Shown piece by piece: positions 27,247 to 38,250 of a stretch of 64,000 nucleotides of DNA. The first letter of the stretch is position 1. Every line of letters begins with the position of its first letter. Both the position numbers and the translations under genes were made by a program. Source of the stretch: an uncultured Collinsella sp. (lineage in GTDB: Bacteria > Actinomycetota > Coriobacteriia > Coriobacteriales > Coriobacteriaceae); contig CATVYG010000007.1 of the NCBI GenBank assembly GCA_958348225.1, positions 3,857-67,856 of the forward strand. The letters run 5' to 3'. A model generated the notes under the pieces. That model was not told the DNA's origin, searched no databases, and worked only from the letters and a program-made list of their open reading frames with translations.

Positions 27247-28923
27247 TTAGGCGAGCTCAGCGGTACCCAGATCGGCGTGCTTCTGCGGATCGACATAGAG
27301 GTGCTTGATGCGATCGGAGCCGGCGATGGTGTGCGTGTAGAACATAATCGGGATGACCGGGCAGTCGGCAGCGACCATTGCGTCGGCCTCCTGCATCTTA
27401 GCGACGCGCTCCTCGTCGTCAACAATAGTACGAGCCTCGTCGACCTTGGCGTCGAACTCGGGGTTGTTGTAACCGGAGCGGTTGTCGCCACCGAGGGAGT
27501 CGGAGTGGAACAGCGGATACAGGAAGTTGTCCATGATCGGGTAGTCGGCAATCCAACCCAGACGACCGAACTGATAGTTAAAGTTCTGATACTGCTCGAG
27601 CAGGGCAGACCACTCAGGGGTATCGGAGACAGCGGTAACGCCAACCTTGGCGAGGTCGCCGATGATGGACTCCATGATCTCCTTGTGACCGCCGTCCTGG
27701 TTGTAGGAAAGGGTCACGCTAATGCCACGATCCCCGTTAGCGCCAGCGGGAGCAACCTTGTCGAGGTACTCGTTAGCCTTGTCGACATCGTAGGCGCAGA
27801 ACTCCCATGCGCCCTCCTTGTAGCCATCGATGCCCGGAGGAACAATGCCGTCGGCAGGGGTACGGGTACCCTTGAAGATGGTCTTGCAGATGGCCTCACG
27901 GTTGATGGCCAGGGAGATGCCCCTACGCAGGTCGGCGTTGTTGAACGGCTCGGCCGTGGTGTTGCAGGTCAGATAGTACGTGGAAGGCTCGGCGCCGAGC
28001 AGCATGCGCTCGCCGTCACCCATGGTGTAGCCGTCCTTAGACACGCCGCGATCCTTCTTGGCGGCATCGATCTGAGCAACGGGAACGTCGCAGACATCGA
28101 GGTTACCGGCCTGGAACTCCTTGTAAGCAGTCTCCATGTCCTTGATGACCTGGAAGTGGATGCCATCGATCTTGGCCTTGTCGCCATAGTAATCGTCGAA
28201 CTTCTTGAGGTTGATCTCCTGACCATCCTCCCACTTGCCGTCCATCATGAACGGGCCGTTACCGACCGGTGCAAGATAGAAGCTCTTGACATCGGACTCG
28301 GCGCACTCGGGAACCGGGGCCAGAGCCGGGTGAGAGGCGACGAAGGGGAAGTCGGCGTAAGCGGAAGACAGCTTGACGACGAGGGTCTCATCGTCGGGGC
28401 AAGTAACACCGCTGAGCTCGGTAGCGTTACCGGCAAGCAGGTCGTCATAGCCCTCGACCATGGAAAGGTGATAGGAGACCTCGGAAGGGCCGTACTCGGT
28501 AGCGATGGCCGACTTGGTGTTGACCAGACGCTCCCAACCGAGCTTGAAGGACTTGGAGGTAACGTCGTCACCGTTGTGGAACTTGGCCTTCTTGATCTTG
28601 AAGGTGAACTCGGTGGCGTCGTCGTTGGCCTCAAAGGACTCGCAAGCCAGCGGAACGATCTCGCCCTTCTCGGCGTCATAAGAGGTCAGAGCATCAAAGA
28701 GCTGGTACTCGACCTGAGTGCCCTGGTCCTCCTGGACATTGTAGGGGTCGATGCAGACCGGGTTGTTGATGTAGAAGTTCAGCGTCGAACCGGACTCAGA
28801 ACCGGAAGCGTCGCCGCCCTTCTTGCCGCATGCGGCAAGAAAAGCCATGGAGCTCGCAGCGAGGGTGCCGCCAACAAAGGCGCGACGACCCATAACGGGC
28901 TGGTGGAACATAGAATCAGCCAT
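27247..28923 (-). CDS. oppA: Oligopeptide ABC substrate-binding lipoprotein
   Basis: GRRAFV twin-arginine motif, LAAC lipobox, KFHNGD, VGNGPF, GWIADYP. Confidence 0.9.
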   Translation of the reverse strand: MADSMFHQPVMGRRAFVGGTLAASSMAFLAACGKKGGDASGSESGSTLNFYINNPVCIDPYNVQEDQGTQVEYQLFDALTSYDAEKGEIVPLACESFEANDDATEFTFKIKKAKFHNGDDVTSKSFKLGWERLVNTKSAIATEYGPSEVSYHLSMVEGYDDLLAGNATELSGVTCPDDETLVVKLSSAYADFPFVASHPALAPVPECAESDVKSFYLAPVGNGPFMMDGKWEDGQEINLKKFDDYYGDKAKIDGIHFQVIKDMETAYKEFQAGNLDVCDVPVAQIDAAKKDRGVSKDGYTMGDGERMLLGAEPSTYYLTCNTTAEPFNNADLRRGISLAINREAICKTIFKGTRTPADGIVPPGIDGYKEGAWEFCAYDVDKANEYLDKVAPAGANGDRGISVTLSYNQDGGHKEIMESIIGDLAKVGVTAVSDTPEWSALLEQYQNFNYQFGRLGWIADYPIMDNFLYPLFHSDSLGGDNRSGYNNPEFDAKVDEARTIVDDEERVAKMQEADAMVAADCPVIPIMFYTHTIAGSDRIKHLYVDPQKHADLGTAELA

Positions 28924-29164
28924 GCCATCCTCCTTATGAGATAGGACAAAGAAATGTTCAGTCGGACACATGTCGAGACAATCCGATCCGAACCATCAAA
29001 ACGCCGCCCGCCGCTATGGCTGGTTATGCACAACGGACCAACGTTTCACAATACAGTAGCGCATTTTATGCACGATTTGGGGCTAATTCCGGTCAACGGT
29101 CGAGAATTTCTTTAGTTGGGCGAAGTATGTGGGGATATTTTGACTCTGTTACAAATATGTAAAC

Positions 29165-29195
29165 AAAAAGGGTCCCGCACTTACGGAACCCTTTT
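29165..29195. terminator. Terminator of secG
   Basis: AAAAAGGGTCC...GGAACCCTTTT. Confidence 0.7.
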
Positions 29196-29217
29196 CAAAT
29201 AATTATGCGGCTCGTGC

Positions 29218-29472
29218 TTAGTAGCCGACGATGCCCTGCGGGAAGAAGAACATGCACAGGACGACGCACACGGCAAAAACGACGGCCATAATTACCGTCA
29301 GGCGATCGAGGTTCTGCTCCATGACGCCCGTGGCAGAGCTGGAGTTATACAGCGAGCTAGCGATCATATCCGAAACGCCGGTGCCCTTACCGGAATGCAT
29401 CAGGACGAGAATCGTCAGCGCCACGGCAGAGACAGCCCAAACGACAAACAGAAGAATCTGGAACGGACCCAT
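29218..29472 (-). CDS. secG: Preprotein translocase subunit SecG
   Basis: LVLMHSGKGTGVS, E.NLDRLT, two TM helices, follows the glycolytic genes. Confidence 0.92.
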   Translation of the reverse strand: MGPFQILLFVVWAVSAVALTILVLMHSGKGTGVSDMIASSLYNSSSATGVMEQNLDRLTVIMAVVFAVCVVLCMFFFPQGIVGY

Positions 29473-29636
29473 AGATAAGCTCCTTAATAGAACAATTCAA
29501 ACTCCAGTACTGTACCACAACCCCCGACACTCCCCCACCTGCCATTTGGGGACGGGGCAGATATGGCAGAAATACCAAAAAAGGGGATTGCCCGAATATG
29601 GACAACCCCCTTCAAAGAAACGCTTGGCGTTTTCTC

Positions 29637-31190
29637 TTAGGCCTCGGTGGCGAGCACGCGACCCGTCATCTCGGCGGAAGGCTCAATACCAGCCATGGTG
29701 AGCATGGTCGGAGCGATATCGGAAAGACGGCCGTCCTCGATACCGGTGAGCTTGGCCTTCTCATCAACGATGATGAACGGGACGCGGTTGGTGGTGTGAG
29801 CCGTAAACGGATGCTTGGAACCGTCGGAAGCAACGTCAAACATGTGATCGGCGTTGCCGTGGTCGGCGGTAATCAGCGCAAAGCCGCCCTTGGCGAGAAT
29901 CGCCGGGACAACCTTGGACAGGGCATCGTCAACAGCCTCGACGGCCTTAACGGCGGCGTCGAAGACACCGGTGTGACCAACCATGTCGCAGTTCGCGAAG
30001 TTCACGATGTAGAAATCAGCGCGATCCTCGTTGATGGCGGCGACAAGCTTCTCGGTAACCTCGGGAGCGCTCATCTCAGGCTGCAGATCGTAGGTAGCGA
30101 CCTTGGGGGAAGCGACGAGCACGCGCTCCTCGCCCTCCTTGGGCTCCTCGATGCCGCCGTTGAGGAAGAACGTCACGTGAGCGTACTTCTCGGTCTCGGC
30201 GGTGTGCAGCTGCTTCAGGCCATTGGCGGCGATAACGTCGGCCAGGACGTTCTCGGGGAACGTCTTGGGGAAGGCGACCTCGACGTCAAACGTCGGGTCG
30301 TACTCGGTCATCGTCACAAAGTGCGAAAGCTTGATCTGCTCGCGCTCAAAGCCATCGAACTCCTTGTCCGTGAACACGCGGGTCATCTGACGGGCGCGGT
30401 CGGGACGGAAGTTGAAGAAGATGGCCGCGTCGCCCTCGTGGATGCCCTCGTTGTGGGCAGCGAAGGGCTCGACGAACTCGTCGCCGCGCGGATCCTTCTC
30501 GTAGTAGGCCTTGATACCGGCAACGGGGTCGGTATCGGCATCGGATGCGTTGACCATGACGTCGTAGGCGCGCTGGATGCGCTCCCAACGGTTATCGCGG
30601 TCCATGGCCCAGTAACGGCCCGAGACGGTGGCAACGCGAGCGTCGCAACCGGTCTCCTCGGAGATCTTGGCCAGGAAGGCGCAGAACTCGCTCATGTAGC
30701 CGGCACCGGACTGCGGGTCGACGTCGCGGCCATCCATAAAGGCGTGGACGCGAACGGTCTTAACGCCATGCTGGGCAGCCATCTTGACCAGAGCCTCGAC
30801 GTGGTTCATGTGGGAATGAACACCGCCAGGGCTCATAAGGCCCATGAGATGGAGGGTCTTGCCCTCGGCCTTTACATCGTCCATAGCCTTGACGAAGACC
30901 TCGTTCTTGGCGATGGAGCCGTCCTTGATGGCGTTGTTGATGCGCGAAAGCTCCTGGAAGACGATGCGGCCGGCACCGATATTGAGGTGACCCACCTCGG
31001 AGTTGCCCATCTGGCCGTCGGGAAGGCCCACGTCCTCGCCCGAAGCGCCGAGCGTGGTGTGGGGGTACTTCTCGTACAGGCTATCAAGGAAGGGCGTCTT
31101 GGCAGCGGCGACGGCGTTCTCGCCATCGGCCGGAGCAAGGCCGCAACCATCCATGATGATCAGGAGTGCGGGAAGATGACGCTGTGCCAT
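29637..31190 (-). CDS. gpmI: 2,3-bisphosphoglycerate-independent phosphoglycerate mutase
   Basis: GQMGNSEVGH, GGVHSH, DGRD, AETEKYAHVT, DMVGHTG, ADHGN. Confidence 0.97.
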   Translation of the reverse strand: MAQRHLPALLIIMDGCGLAPADGENAVAAAKTPFLDSLYEKYPHTTLGASGEDVGLPDGQMGNSEVGHLNIGAGRIVFQELSRINNAIKDGSIAKNEVFVKAMDDVKAEGKTLHLMGLMSPGGVHSHMNHVEALVKMAAQHGVKTVRVHAFMDGRDVDPQSGAGYMSEFCAFLAKISEETGCDARVATVSGRYWAMDRDNRWERIQRAYDVMVNASDADTDPVAGIKAYYEKDPRGDEFVEPFAAHNEGIHEGDAAIFFNFRPDRARQMTRVFTDKEFDGFEREQIKLSHFVTMTEYDPTFDVEVAFPKTFPENVLADVIAANGLKQLHTAETEKYAHVTFFLNGGIEEPKEGEERVLVASPKVATYDLQPEMSAPEVTEKLVAAINEDRADFYIVNFANCDMVGHTGVFDAAVKAVEAVDDALSKVVPAILAKGGFALITADHGNADHMFDVASDGSKHPFTAHTTNRVPFIIVDEKAKLTGIEDGRLSDIAPTMLTMAGIEPSAEMTGRVLATEA

Positions 31191-31195
31191 ATGTC

Positions 31196-31963
31196 CTACT
31201 CGCCTGCCTTGACGACCATAGAAGCGAAGTCGGCAGCCTTGAGCGAAGCGCCGCCCACGAGGGCGCCGTCGACATCGGGCTTGGCGACGAGCTCGGCAAT
31301 GTTGCCGGGCTTAGCAGAACCACCGTACAGAACGCGGATACCGTCGGCGAGTTCCTCGCCGAACATCTCCTTGAGGGTCTCACGGATAGCGCCGCAGACC
31401 TCCTGAGCGTCCTCAGCGGTAGCGGTCTTGCCGGTGCCGATGGCCCAGATGGGCTCGTAGGCGACGACGACCTGCTTGGGGCAGGTGATCTCAAGACCAG
31501 CAAGGCCAGCCTTGACCTGGTTCACGACGTGCTCGACATAGGTGCCGGCCTCGCGGACCTCGAGGGACTCGCCGCAGCAGAAGACGGGAACAAGACCGGC
31601 GGCAACGAGAGCCTTGGCCTTCTTGTTCTGATCCTCGTCGGTCTCGTGGAAGTAGTCGCGACGCTCGGAGTGACCGATGATGCAGTAGGTGCAGCCAGCG
31701 GACTTGAGCATGTCGCAAGAGGACTCACCGGTGAAGGCACCCTTGGCCTCCCAGTACACGTTCTGTGCACCGAGGGCGATGGGGGCAGCCTGAATGCGGT
31801 CATGAACCGTGGTGATGTCAATGGTCGGAGGGCAGACGAGCACCTCGACGCCAGCCGGAACCTCGGGCAGAGCCTGGGCCAGCTCGTCGGCGAGCTTGGC
31901 GGCCTCGGCGACGTCGTTGTTCATCTTCCAGTTACCAGCGATAAGAAGGGTGCGATTAGGCAT
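31196..31963 (-). CDS. tpiA: Triosephosphate isomerase
   Basis: AGNWKMN, GHSERR, AYEPIWAIGTG, YGGS, LVGGASL. Confidence 0.98.
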   Translation of the reverse strand: MPNRTLLIAGNWKMNNDVAEAAKLADELAQALPEVPAGVEVLVCPPTIDITTVHDRIQAAPIALGAQNVYWEAKGAFTGESSCDMLKSAGCTYCIIGHSERRDYFHETDEDQNKKAKALVAAGLVPVFCCGESLEVREAGTYVEHVVNQVKAGLAGLEITCPKQVVVAYEPIWAIGTGKTATAEDAQEVCGAIRETLKEMFGEELADGIRVLYGGSAKPGNIAELVAKPDVDGALVGGASLKAADFASMVVKAGE

Positions 31964-33146
31964 CGAGAAGCGCCTCCACTCCGGGCAGGGCCTTACCCTC
32001 GACGAGCTCCATGGAAGCGCCACCGCCGGTGGAGATCCAGCTCATCTTGTCGGCCAGGTTGAACTTGTTGACAGCTGCGACGGAATCGCCACCACCGATG
32101 ATCGAGGTGCAATCAGCCTCAGCAACAGCCTCGGCGATAGCCTGGGTGCCATGAGCGAAGTTGTCGAACTCGAAGACGCCCATGGGGCCGTTCCAGAACA
32201 CGGTCTTGGCACCCTTGACGGCCTCGGCGTAGAGCTCCTCGGTCTTAGGACCGATGTCCATACCCTCACGATCGTCGGGGATAGCGTCGGAAGCGACAAC
32301 CTCGGGGACAGCGTCCTCGCCAAAGTGATCGGCAACGCGGTTGTCGATGGGGAGCAGGATCTTGACGCCCTTCTCCTCGGCCTTCTTGAGCATCTCACCG
32401 GCGCGCTCGACCCAGTCCTCTTCCTTGAGGGACTGACCGACGGTCAGGCCCTGAGCCAGGAAGAAGGTGTAGGCCATACCGCCACCGATGATCAGGGTGT
32501 CAGCGGAGTCGATGAGGTGATCGAGAACGCCGATCTTGGAGGAAACCTTGGAACCACCGACGATAGCTACGAAGGGGCGCTCGGGCTCGGCGAAGATGCC
32601 GGTCAGCGTGTCGACCTCCTTCTCAAGCAGGAAGCCAGCGACGGCAGGCAGGTAAGCGGCGGGGCCCACGACGGAACCCTGGGCGCGGTGAGCGGTGCCG
32701 AAGGCATCGAGAACGAAGACGTCACCATAGGAAGCGAGCTTCTTGGCGATCTCGGGATCGTTCTTCTTCTCACGCTTATCGAAGCGGACGTTCTCGAGAA
32801 CGAGGACCTTGCCCGGCTCGACAGCGGCGACAGCCTCAGCAGCCTTCTCGCCATACGTGTCGGCAACAAAAGCAACGTCAAGGCCAGAGAGCTCAGCGAG
32901 CTTCTTGGCGACGGGCTCGAGGGAAAGCTCGGGCTGGAAGCCGGTGCCATCGGGACGGCCGAGGTGGCTCATGAGGATGACGCGAGCGTTGTGCTCAACG
33001 AGATAGTTGATGGTGGGCAGGGCAGCCTTGATACGGGTGGTGTCGCCAACGACGCCATCCTTGATAGGCACGTTGAAGTCAACGCGGACGAGAACGCGCT
33101 TGCCGTCGACATCGATGTCGCGGACGGTCTTCTTGGTAAAGGCCAT
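31956..33146 (-). CDS. pgk: Phosphoglycerate kinase
   Basis: RVDFNVP, SHLGRP, DAFGTAHRA, WNGPMGVFE, GGGDS, STGGGAS. Confidence 0.98.
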   Translation of the reverse strand: MAFTKKTVRDIDVDGKRVLVRVDFNVPIKDGVVGDTTRIKAALPTINYLVEHNARVILMSHLGRPDGTGFQPELSLEPVAKKLAELSGLDVAFVADTYGEKAAEAVAAVEPGKVLVLENVRFDKREKKNDPEIAKKLASYGDVFVLDAFGTAHRAQGSVVGPAAYLPAVAGFLLEKEVDTLTGIFAEPERPFVAIVGGSKVSSKIGVLDHLIDSADTLIIGGGMAYTFFLAQGLTVGQSLKEEDWVERAGEMLKKAEEKGVKILLPIDNRVADHFGEDAVPEVVASDAIPDDREGMDIGPKTEELYAEAVKGAKTVFWNGPMGVFEFDNFAHGTQAIAEAVAEADCTSIIGGGDSVAAVNKFNLADKMSWISTGGGASMELVEGKALPGVEALLDA

Positions 33147-33202
33147 GTTTGCTTCTACCTTTCGTACGTGTCTGCCTCCCATTACGGCAGACGATTTCTT
33201 AT

Positions 33203-33249
33203 AAAAAGGGCGCGACCCTAGGGTGTAAGCCCTACAAGGCCGCGCCCTT
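33203..33249 (-). terminator. Terminator/attenuator after gap
   Basis: AAGGGCGCG...CGCGCCCTT stem with minus-strand U tract. Confidence 0.7.
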
Positions 33250-33286
33250 CTTTAGACGCTCAACGAGCTATTCGCTAAAAGCCAAA

Positions 33287-34312
33287 TTAAGCAACGAACT
33301 TCTCGAAGTACTTGATGGTGCGGACCATCTGAGAGGTGTAGGAGTTCTCGTTGTCGTACCAAGAGGTGACCTGAACGAGGGTCTGGCCGTTGCCGAGGTC
33401 AGAGCACATGGTCTGAGTGGCGTCGAAGATGGAGCCATGGGTCTCGCCGATGATGTCGGTGGAGACGATGTCGTCCTCGTTGTAACCGAAGGTCTCGGAG
33501 ATGGTGGCAGCGTAAGCCTTCATAGCGGCGTTGACCTCGTCGACGGTGACCTTCTTGTCAACGACAGCGTAGAGGTTGGTGATGGAGCCGGTCGGCGTCG
33601 GGACGCGCTGGGCGGCACCGATGAGCTTGCCGTTGAGCTCGGGGAGAACCAGGCCGATAGCCTTGGCAGCACCGGTGGTGTTGGGGACGATGTTAACGGC
33701 GCAGGCGCGGCTACGACGCTTGTTGCCCTTGCGCTGCGGGCCGTCGAGCGGCATCTGGTCGCCAGTCCAGGCGTGAATGGTGGTCATGATGCCGGACACG
33801 ATGGGAGCGAAGTCGTTCAGACCCTTGGCCATCGGGGCGAGGCAGTTGGTGGTGCAGGAAGCAGCGGAGATGATGTTGTCCTCAGCGGTCAGCGTCTCAT
33901 GGTTGACGTTGTACACGATGGTGGGCAGATCGCTGCCGGCCGGAGCGGAGATAACGACCTTCTTGGCGCCAGCGTTGATGTGGGCCTGAGCCTTAGCCTT
34001 GCTGGTGTAGAAGCCGGTGCACTCGAGAACGACGTCGACGTCGAGGTCGCCCCAAGGCAGGTTGTTGGCGTCGGCCTCCTTGTAGATCTTGATCTCCTTG
34101 CCGTCAACGGTGATGGAATCCTCGCCAGCAACGACCTCGTGATCGCGAGCATAGTTGCCCTGCGTGGAGTCGTACTTCAGCAGGTAAGCGAGCATATCGG
34201 GAGAGGTGAGGTCGTTGATAGCGACGATCTCGGAGCCCTCATGACCGAACATCTGACGGAAGGCCAGACGACCGATGCGACCGAAGCCGTTAATAGCAAC
34301 CTTTACTGCCAT
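33287..34312 (-). CDS. gap: Type I glyceraldehyde-3-phosphate dehydrogenase
   Basis: [32 protein letters not shown]. Confidence 0.98.
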   Translation of the reverse strand: MAVKVAINGFGRIGRLAFRQMFGHEGSEIVAINDLTSPDMLAYLLKYDSTQGNYARDHEVVAGEDSITVDGKEIKIYKEADANNLPWGDLDVDVVLECTGFYTSKAKAQAHINAGAKKVVISAPAGSDLPTIVYNVNHETLTAEDNIISAASCTTNCLAPMAKGLNDFAPIVSGIMTTIHAWTGDQMPLDGPQRKGNKRRSRACAVNIVPNTTGAAKAIGLVLPELNGKLIGAAQRVPTPTGSITNLYAVVDKKVTVDEVNAAMKAYAATISETFGYNEDDIVSTDIIGETHGSIFDATQTMCSDLGNGQTLVQVTSWYDNENSYTSQMVRTIKYFEKFVA

Positions 34313-34505
34313 TGTGTCTCCTTTCGTAAGGCCCCCGCAAGCTACAGCGCCCGCCGTTGAGGCCCACAAACTAACCACTCGCCTAATATACCTTTTTTTT
34401 GACTTGAATTTCACGAGAATGCTCGAAATTGAAAATCAAATTTGCGTTAAAACGCTTTAAAGCATAAAGCAGCAGTTCAACCGCCATAAAAGCTATTTCG
34501 TTAAC

Positions 34506-35435
34506 CTACCTGCTTCCTTCAATGAGCTTTTCAAGGCGCAAAACACGGTGATACAAGGCCGACTTCGACAAAGGAGGGTCAGCCATTTCCCCCAAATCTC
34601 GCAGCGAGAGATCGGGGTAGCGCTCGCGTAAGTCACAAAAGACTGCCAGGGCGTCCGGCAGCGTTTCGCGCAAACCGCGCCGATCAAGCTCATCAATGAG
34701 CGCAAGCTGATGTTGGGCGGCACCGGCACTCCTGGTCTGGTTGGCAAGCTCTGCGTTCACGCGACGATTCACGTCGTTCTTCACCAGCTTAACCGCACGG
34801 GCCTCTTCAATCTCGGCAACGCTGCGCTTGGCGCCAATCAGCTGTAGCAGACGTTTAATCTCCTCGGCACTCTTGATGTACACGGCATACGAGCCGCGAC
34901 GCGCATTGACGCGGGCGTGAACTCCAATCTGCTCCAGAAGATCGCAAAGTCCCTTTGCATACTCCTCGCCCTGAACCGCGATCTCCAAATGAAAATCGCC
35001 ACGCGGGTCGGCAACAAATCCTCCGGCAATCAGCGCACCGCGAATATAGGCGAGCCTGCAGCAAGGACGGGCGACGATGTGGCGCGGCACACCTGCGACG
35101 AGCCCTCCCCTACGGTCGAGAATGCCCAACAGCACCAGAGCCTTATCCAAATCGGGCTGATCGGGCAAGGTGATGAGATAGTTTCGCACCTTGTGCAGGA
35201 CCGACTTACGAACCGTGAATTCGGTCTTGAGCTTAAGGATGCGATGCGTCAGCGCAATCATCGTGCGCGCCACAGCACCCGTCTCGGTCGCGACCGTCAA
35301 GCGGTACCGTCCCGAGCCCGCCAACGAAAGCGTGCCGCTCACACGCGTTAGCGCAGCAAGCGTCGACAAGTCGCAGTATTCACATTCGGGTTCGCAGCGC
35401 GCAAGCTCGTCGCGCACCTCAGCGGTAAACGACAT
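34506..35435 (-). CDS. whiA: DNA-binding protein WhiA
   Basis: MSFTAEVRDEL, YIRGALIAGG, VNRRVNAELAN, SLRDLG...SKS. Confidence 0.93.
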   Translation of the reverse strand: MSFTAEVRDELARCEPECEYCDLSTLAALTRVSGTLSLAGSGRYRLTVATETGAVARTMIALTHRILKLKTEFTVRKSVLHKVRNYLITLPDQPDLDKALVLLGILDRRGGLVAGVPRHIVARPCCRLAYIRGALIAGGFVADPRGDFHLEIAVQGEEYAKGLCDLLEQIGVHARVNARRGSYAVYIKSAEEIKRLLQLIGAKRSVAEIEEARAVKLVKNDVNRRVNAELANQTRSAGAAQHQLALIDELDRRGLRETLPDALAVFCDLRERYPDLSLRDLGEMADPPLSKSALYHRVLRLEKLIEGSR

Positions 35436-35441
35436 GCAGAC

Positions 35442-36344
35442 CTATGCCTTCGTGTTGGCACGCGACAGGTCGCGGTGGGAGATGCTCACATGATACTGAG
35501 CACCCTCCAGGTAGCGAGCCGTGGCCTCGGCAATGGCGACGCTACGGTGCTGCCCGCCTGTGCAGCCGATGGCAATGGAAAGCTGCGGCTTACCCTCTGC
35601 GATATAACCTGGCATGACCGTATCGAGCAGCTGGGTCCAGGCCTTCCAGAACTCCTGGGTCTTGGGGTGGTCCAAGACAAAATCGGAGACCTTCTTATCG
35701 AGGCCGGTCATGGTGCGCATCTCGGGATCGTAAAAAGGATTGGGTAAGAAGCGAACATCAATCATGATGTCCGCCTCGACGGGCATGCCATGCTTAAAAC
35801 CAAACGAGAACACGTGGACATCCATAAGTTGCTGGTCGGACAACTCGGAAAAAGCCATGCGCAGCTTGTTGCGCAAAGCAGAAGTGCGCAAGCGACTCGT
35901 GTCGATAATCATATCGGCTCGATCGCGAACGCCCTGCAGCTGCAGACGTTCACGCTGAATAGCGTCGGCTGTGGTCTCCCCCGGCTTTGCAATGGGATGG
36001 CGGCGACGGTTTTCGCTATACCGGCGAATCAGCACCTCGTCAGACGCCTCGAGAAACACGATGTCACAGCTCATCTCACGCTCTTCCAGTGCGGCAACAG
36101 CATCGAGCAGTTCATCGAACAAGCCCTGGCTACGAAGATCGCAGGTGACGGCAAGGTGCCTGCCCACGCCCGTATTGATGCCAACGAGCTCTGCAAGCTG
36201 GGCAATCAGGCGCGGGGGCAGGTTATCGATACAAAAATAGCCCATGTCCTCAAACACATGCATGGCTTGCGTTCGGCCCGAGCCGGACATTCCGGTGATG
36301 ATAACGATATCGGGGATACGCTCCGAGCGCTCCGCCGCATCCAT
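35442..36344 (-). CDS. rapZ: RNase adapter RapZ (YvcJ) P-loop NTPase
   Basis: ITGMSGSGRT, DNLP, SFGFKHG, DVRFLPNP, GCTGGQHRSV. Confidence 0.95.
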   Translation of the reverse strand: MDAAERSERIPDIVIITGMSGSGRTQAMHVFEDMGYFCIDNLPPRLIAQLAELVGINTGVGRHLAVTCDLRSQGLFDELLDAVAALEEREMSCDIVFLEASDEVLIRRYSENRRRHPIAKPGETTADAIQRERLQLQGVRDRADMIIDTSRLRTSALRNKLRMAFSELSDQQLMDVHVFSFGFKHGMPVEADIMIDVRFLPNPFYDPEMRTMTGLDKKVSDFVLDHPKTQEFWKAWTQLLDTVMPGYIAEGKPQLSIAIGCTGGQHRSVAIAEATARYLEGAQYHVSISHRDLSRANTKA

Positions 36345-36460
36345 GGCATCTCCCTTTTGCATGTGTGCCTCCTAAAATAAGCGCGAGACCCGGCCAGCGG
36401 ATCCCGCGCGATCAATTGCCTTTATTGAGTATACCGCCCCAAGCGGATACGAGGCCCGTC

Positions 36461-37147
36461 TTACGCCTCAAGCGCAGCCTTGAACCAACTTGTAATACTC
36501 GTGGGGTGCGTGATAGCGGTGCCGACGACAACGGCCCACGCGCCGGCATCGATTGCAGCGCGAGCCTCTTCGGGCGTATGTACGCGACCCTCGCAAATGA
36601 TGGGAAGGCCGGGGAATTCCTCGGTCGCCTGACGCAGGAGCGGCAGGTCGGGGCCATCGGCCATAGTGCAGTCGATGGCTGCGACACCGTGAGAGAGCGT
36701 GGTGGACACCAGATCGAAGCCCATATCGACCGCGCGACGAATATCCTCGATAGTGGCGCAGTCCGCCATCAGAAGTACGCCCTCCTCGTGCAGCGGACGG
36801 AAAGTGTCCTCGAGCGACTTGCCATCGGGGCGCGGACGATCGGTGGCGTCAATCGCCACGATGTCGGCACCGGCAGCAACGCAGGCGCGAGCGTGACGCA
36901 GCGTCGGCGTGATGTAAACGCCCTCGTGTCCATCCTTCCACAGACCGATAACAGGAACCTCACAGCGACCCTTAATGGCGGCAATGTCGGCAAGACCTTG
37001 GCAGCGAATGGCGGCGGCGCCGCCGAGTTCGCAAGCACGAGACATTTGAGCCATAGTCTCGGGCGTACGAAGCGGCTCGCCCATATACGCCTGAACGCTC
37101 ACGACGAGCTTACCCTTCAGGGATTGAATCAAAGGATCGACGGTCAT
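36461..37147 (-). CDS. nanE: N-acetylmannosamine-6-phosphate 2-epimerase
   Basis: LVVSVQA, PVIGLWK, VYITPT, MADC, EGR, VVGTAITHP. Confidence 0.93.
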   Translation of the reverse strand: MTVDPLIQSLKGKLVVSVQAYMGEPLRTPETMAQMSRACELGGAAAIRCQGLADIAAIKGRCEVPVIGLWKDGHEGVYITPTLRHARACVAAGADIVAIDATDRPRPDGKSLEDTFRPLHEEGVLLMADCATIEDIRRAVDMGFDLVSTTLSHGVAAIDCTMADGPDLPLLRQATEEFPGLPIICEGRVHTPEEARAAIDAGAWAVVVGTAITHPTSITSWFKAALEA

Positions 37148-37217
37148 AAAGCTGCAACCTTTCTCAGAACAGCCTCCCGAGGCGTGTTGTCTCGGGAGGC
37201 TCCTACAGCAAATACGT

Positions 37218-38183
37218 TTACTTTAACGAAGCAAGAAGATGCTCAGCGGCACCGATAAGCGGCGCATCGCCCTCCAGAGAGCCGATGAGAATCGGCGTGT
37301 CCTGAAGCGGGTCGAGTGCCTGGCTGGCATAGCCCTCGTGCACCGAATCCTTCCACGTCTGTGAACGCCAATCGGGACCTTGGTGAATCACGCCGCCCGA
37401 AAGCACGATGACCTCAGGGTCCAGGATGTTAGCAAGCGAGCCCAAGCTGGCACCCAGCGCAAAGCCAGCGTCATGGATGACCTCGGTCGCCTTTGCGTCG
37501 CCTGCGCGGCACAGGTCGTTCACGTCGCGACCGACCGAAGGACGGCTGGGGTCGACGCGGCCAAAGCGCTCATCGTACATGCGCCCGATCGAAGTTCCGG
37601 AAGCAACCGACTCAAGATGGCCGGAACGCCCGCAGGCGCAGGGAATGCCAGCGGCAGCCGAGCACTCGATGTGGCCCATATGGCCGGCAGCACCATGGAA
37701 GCCCTGCATCACGCGGCCGTTCTCGACATATGCGCCGCCGATACCCGTTCCGATGCCCAGGCACAAGACGGAGAACTTGCCCTTGCCGACGCCCCAGTGG
37801 GCCTCGCCCAGAGCATGAGCCTGCACGTCGCCCACAACGGCAACGGGAAGACCAAGGTCCTCGCGCAGACGCGGCCCCAACTGAACGCCGGACCAGCCGG
37901 GCATGATCTCATTGGCATACGCGATGGCGCCCGTCTTGGGATCGACGACGCCTGCGGCACCAATACCGACACCGAGGACCTCGACATCGGGATTCGCCTC
38001 GAGAGCGGCCTTGATGGACGCCTCGATACGCTGGAAGACGGACTCGCCGCCCTCTTGGGCCTCGGTGGGAACCTCAGCCTCAAATACGGGATGGGGCACA
38101 CTACCGTCAGCCGGATACTCCATAATGGCAGTCGCAATTTTGGTGCCGCCGATATCGACGGAGCAAACGTACTTGTTCTCCAT
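37218..38183 (-). CDS. nanK: ROK family kinase (N-acetylmannosamine kinase)
   Basis: VDIGGTK, GTGIGG, GH...CACGRSGHLES; lies between nanA and nanE. Confidence 0.85.
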   Translation of the reverse strand: MENKYVCSVDIGGTKIATAIMEYPADGSVPHPVFEAEVPTEAQEGGESVFQRIEASIKAALEANPDVEVLGVGIGAAGVVDPKTGAIAYANEIMPGWSGVQLGPRLREDLGLPVAVVGDVQAHALGEAHWGVGKGKFSVLCLGIGTGIGGAYVENGRVMQGFHGAAGHMGHIECSAAAGIPCACGRSGHLESVASGTSIGRMYDERFGRVDPSRPSVGRDVNDLCRAGDAKATEVIHDAGFALGASLGSLANILDPEVIVLSGGVIHQGPDWRSQTWKDSVHEGYASQALDPLQDTPILIGSLEGDAPLIGAAEHLLASLK

Positions 38184-38250
38184 GTCGCTCTCCTTAGGAG
38201 ATAAAAACAACTACAGGAAATGCGCCGTCAGGCTAGCCGTCACAGCGCGG

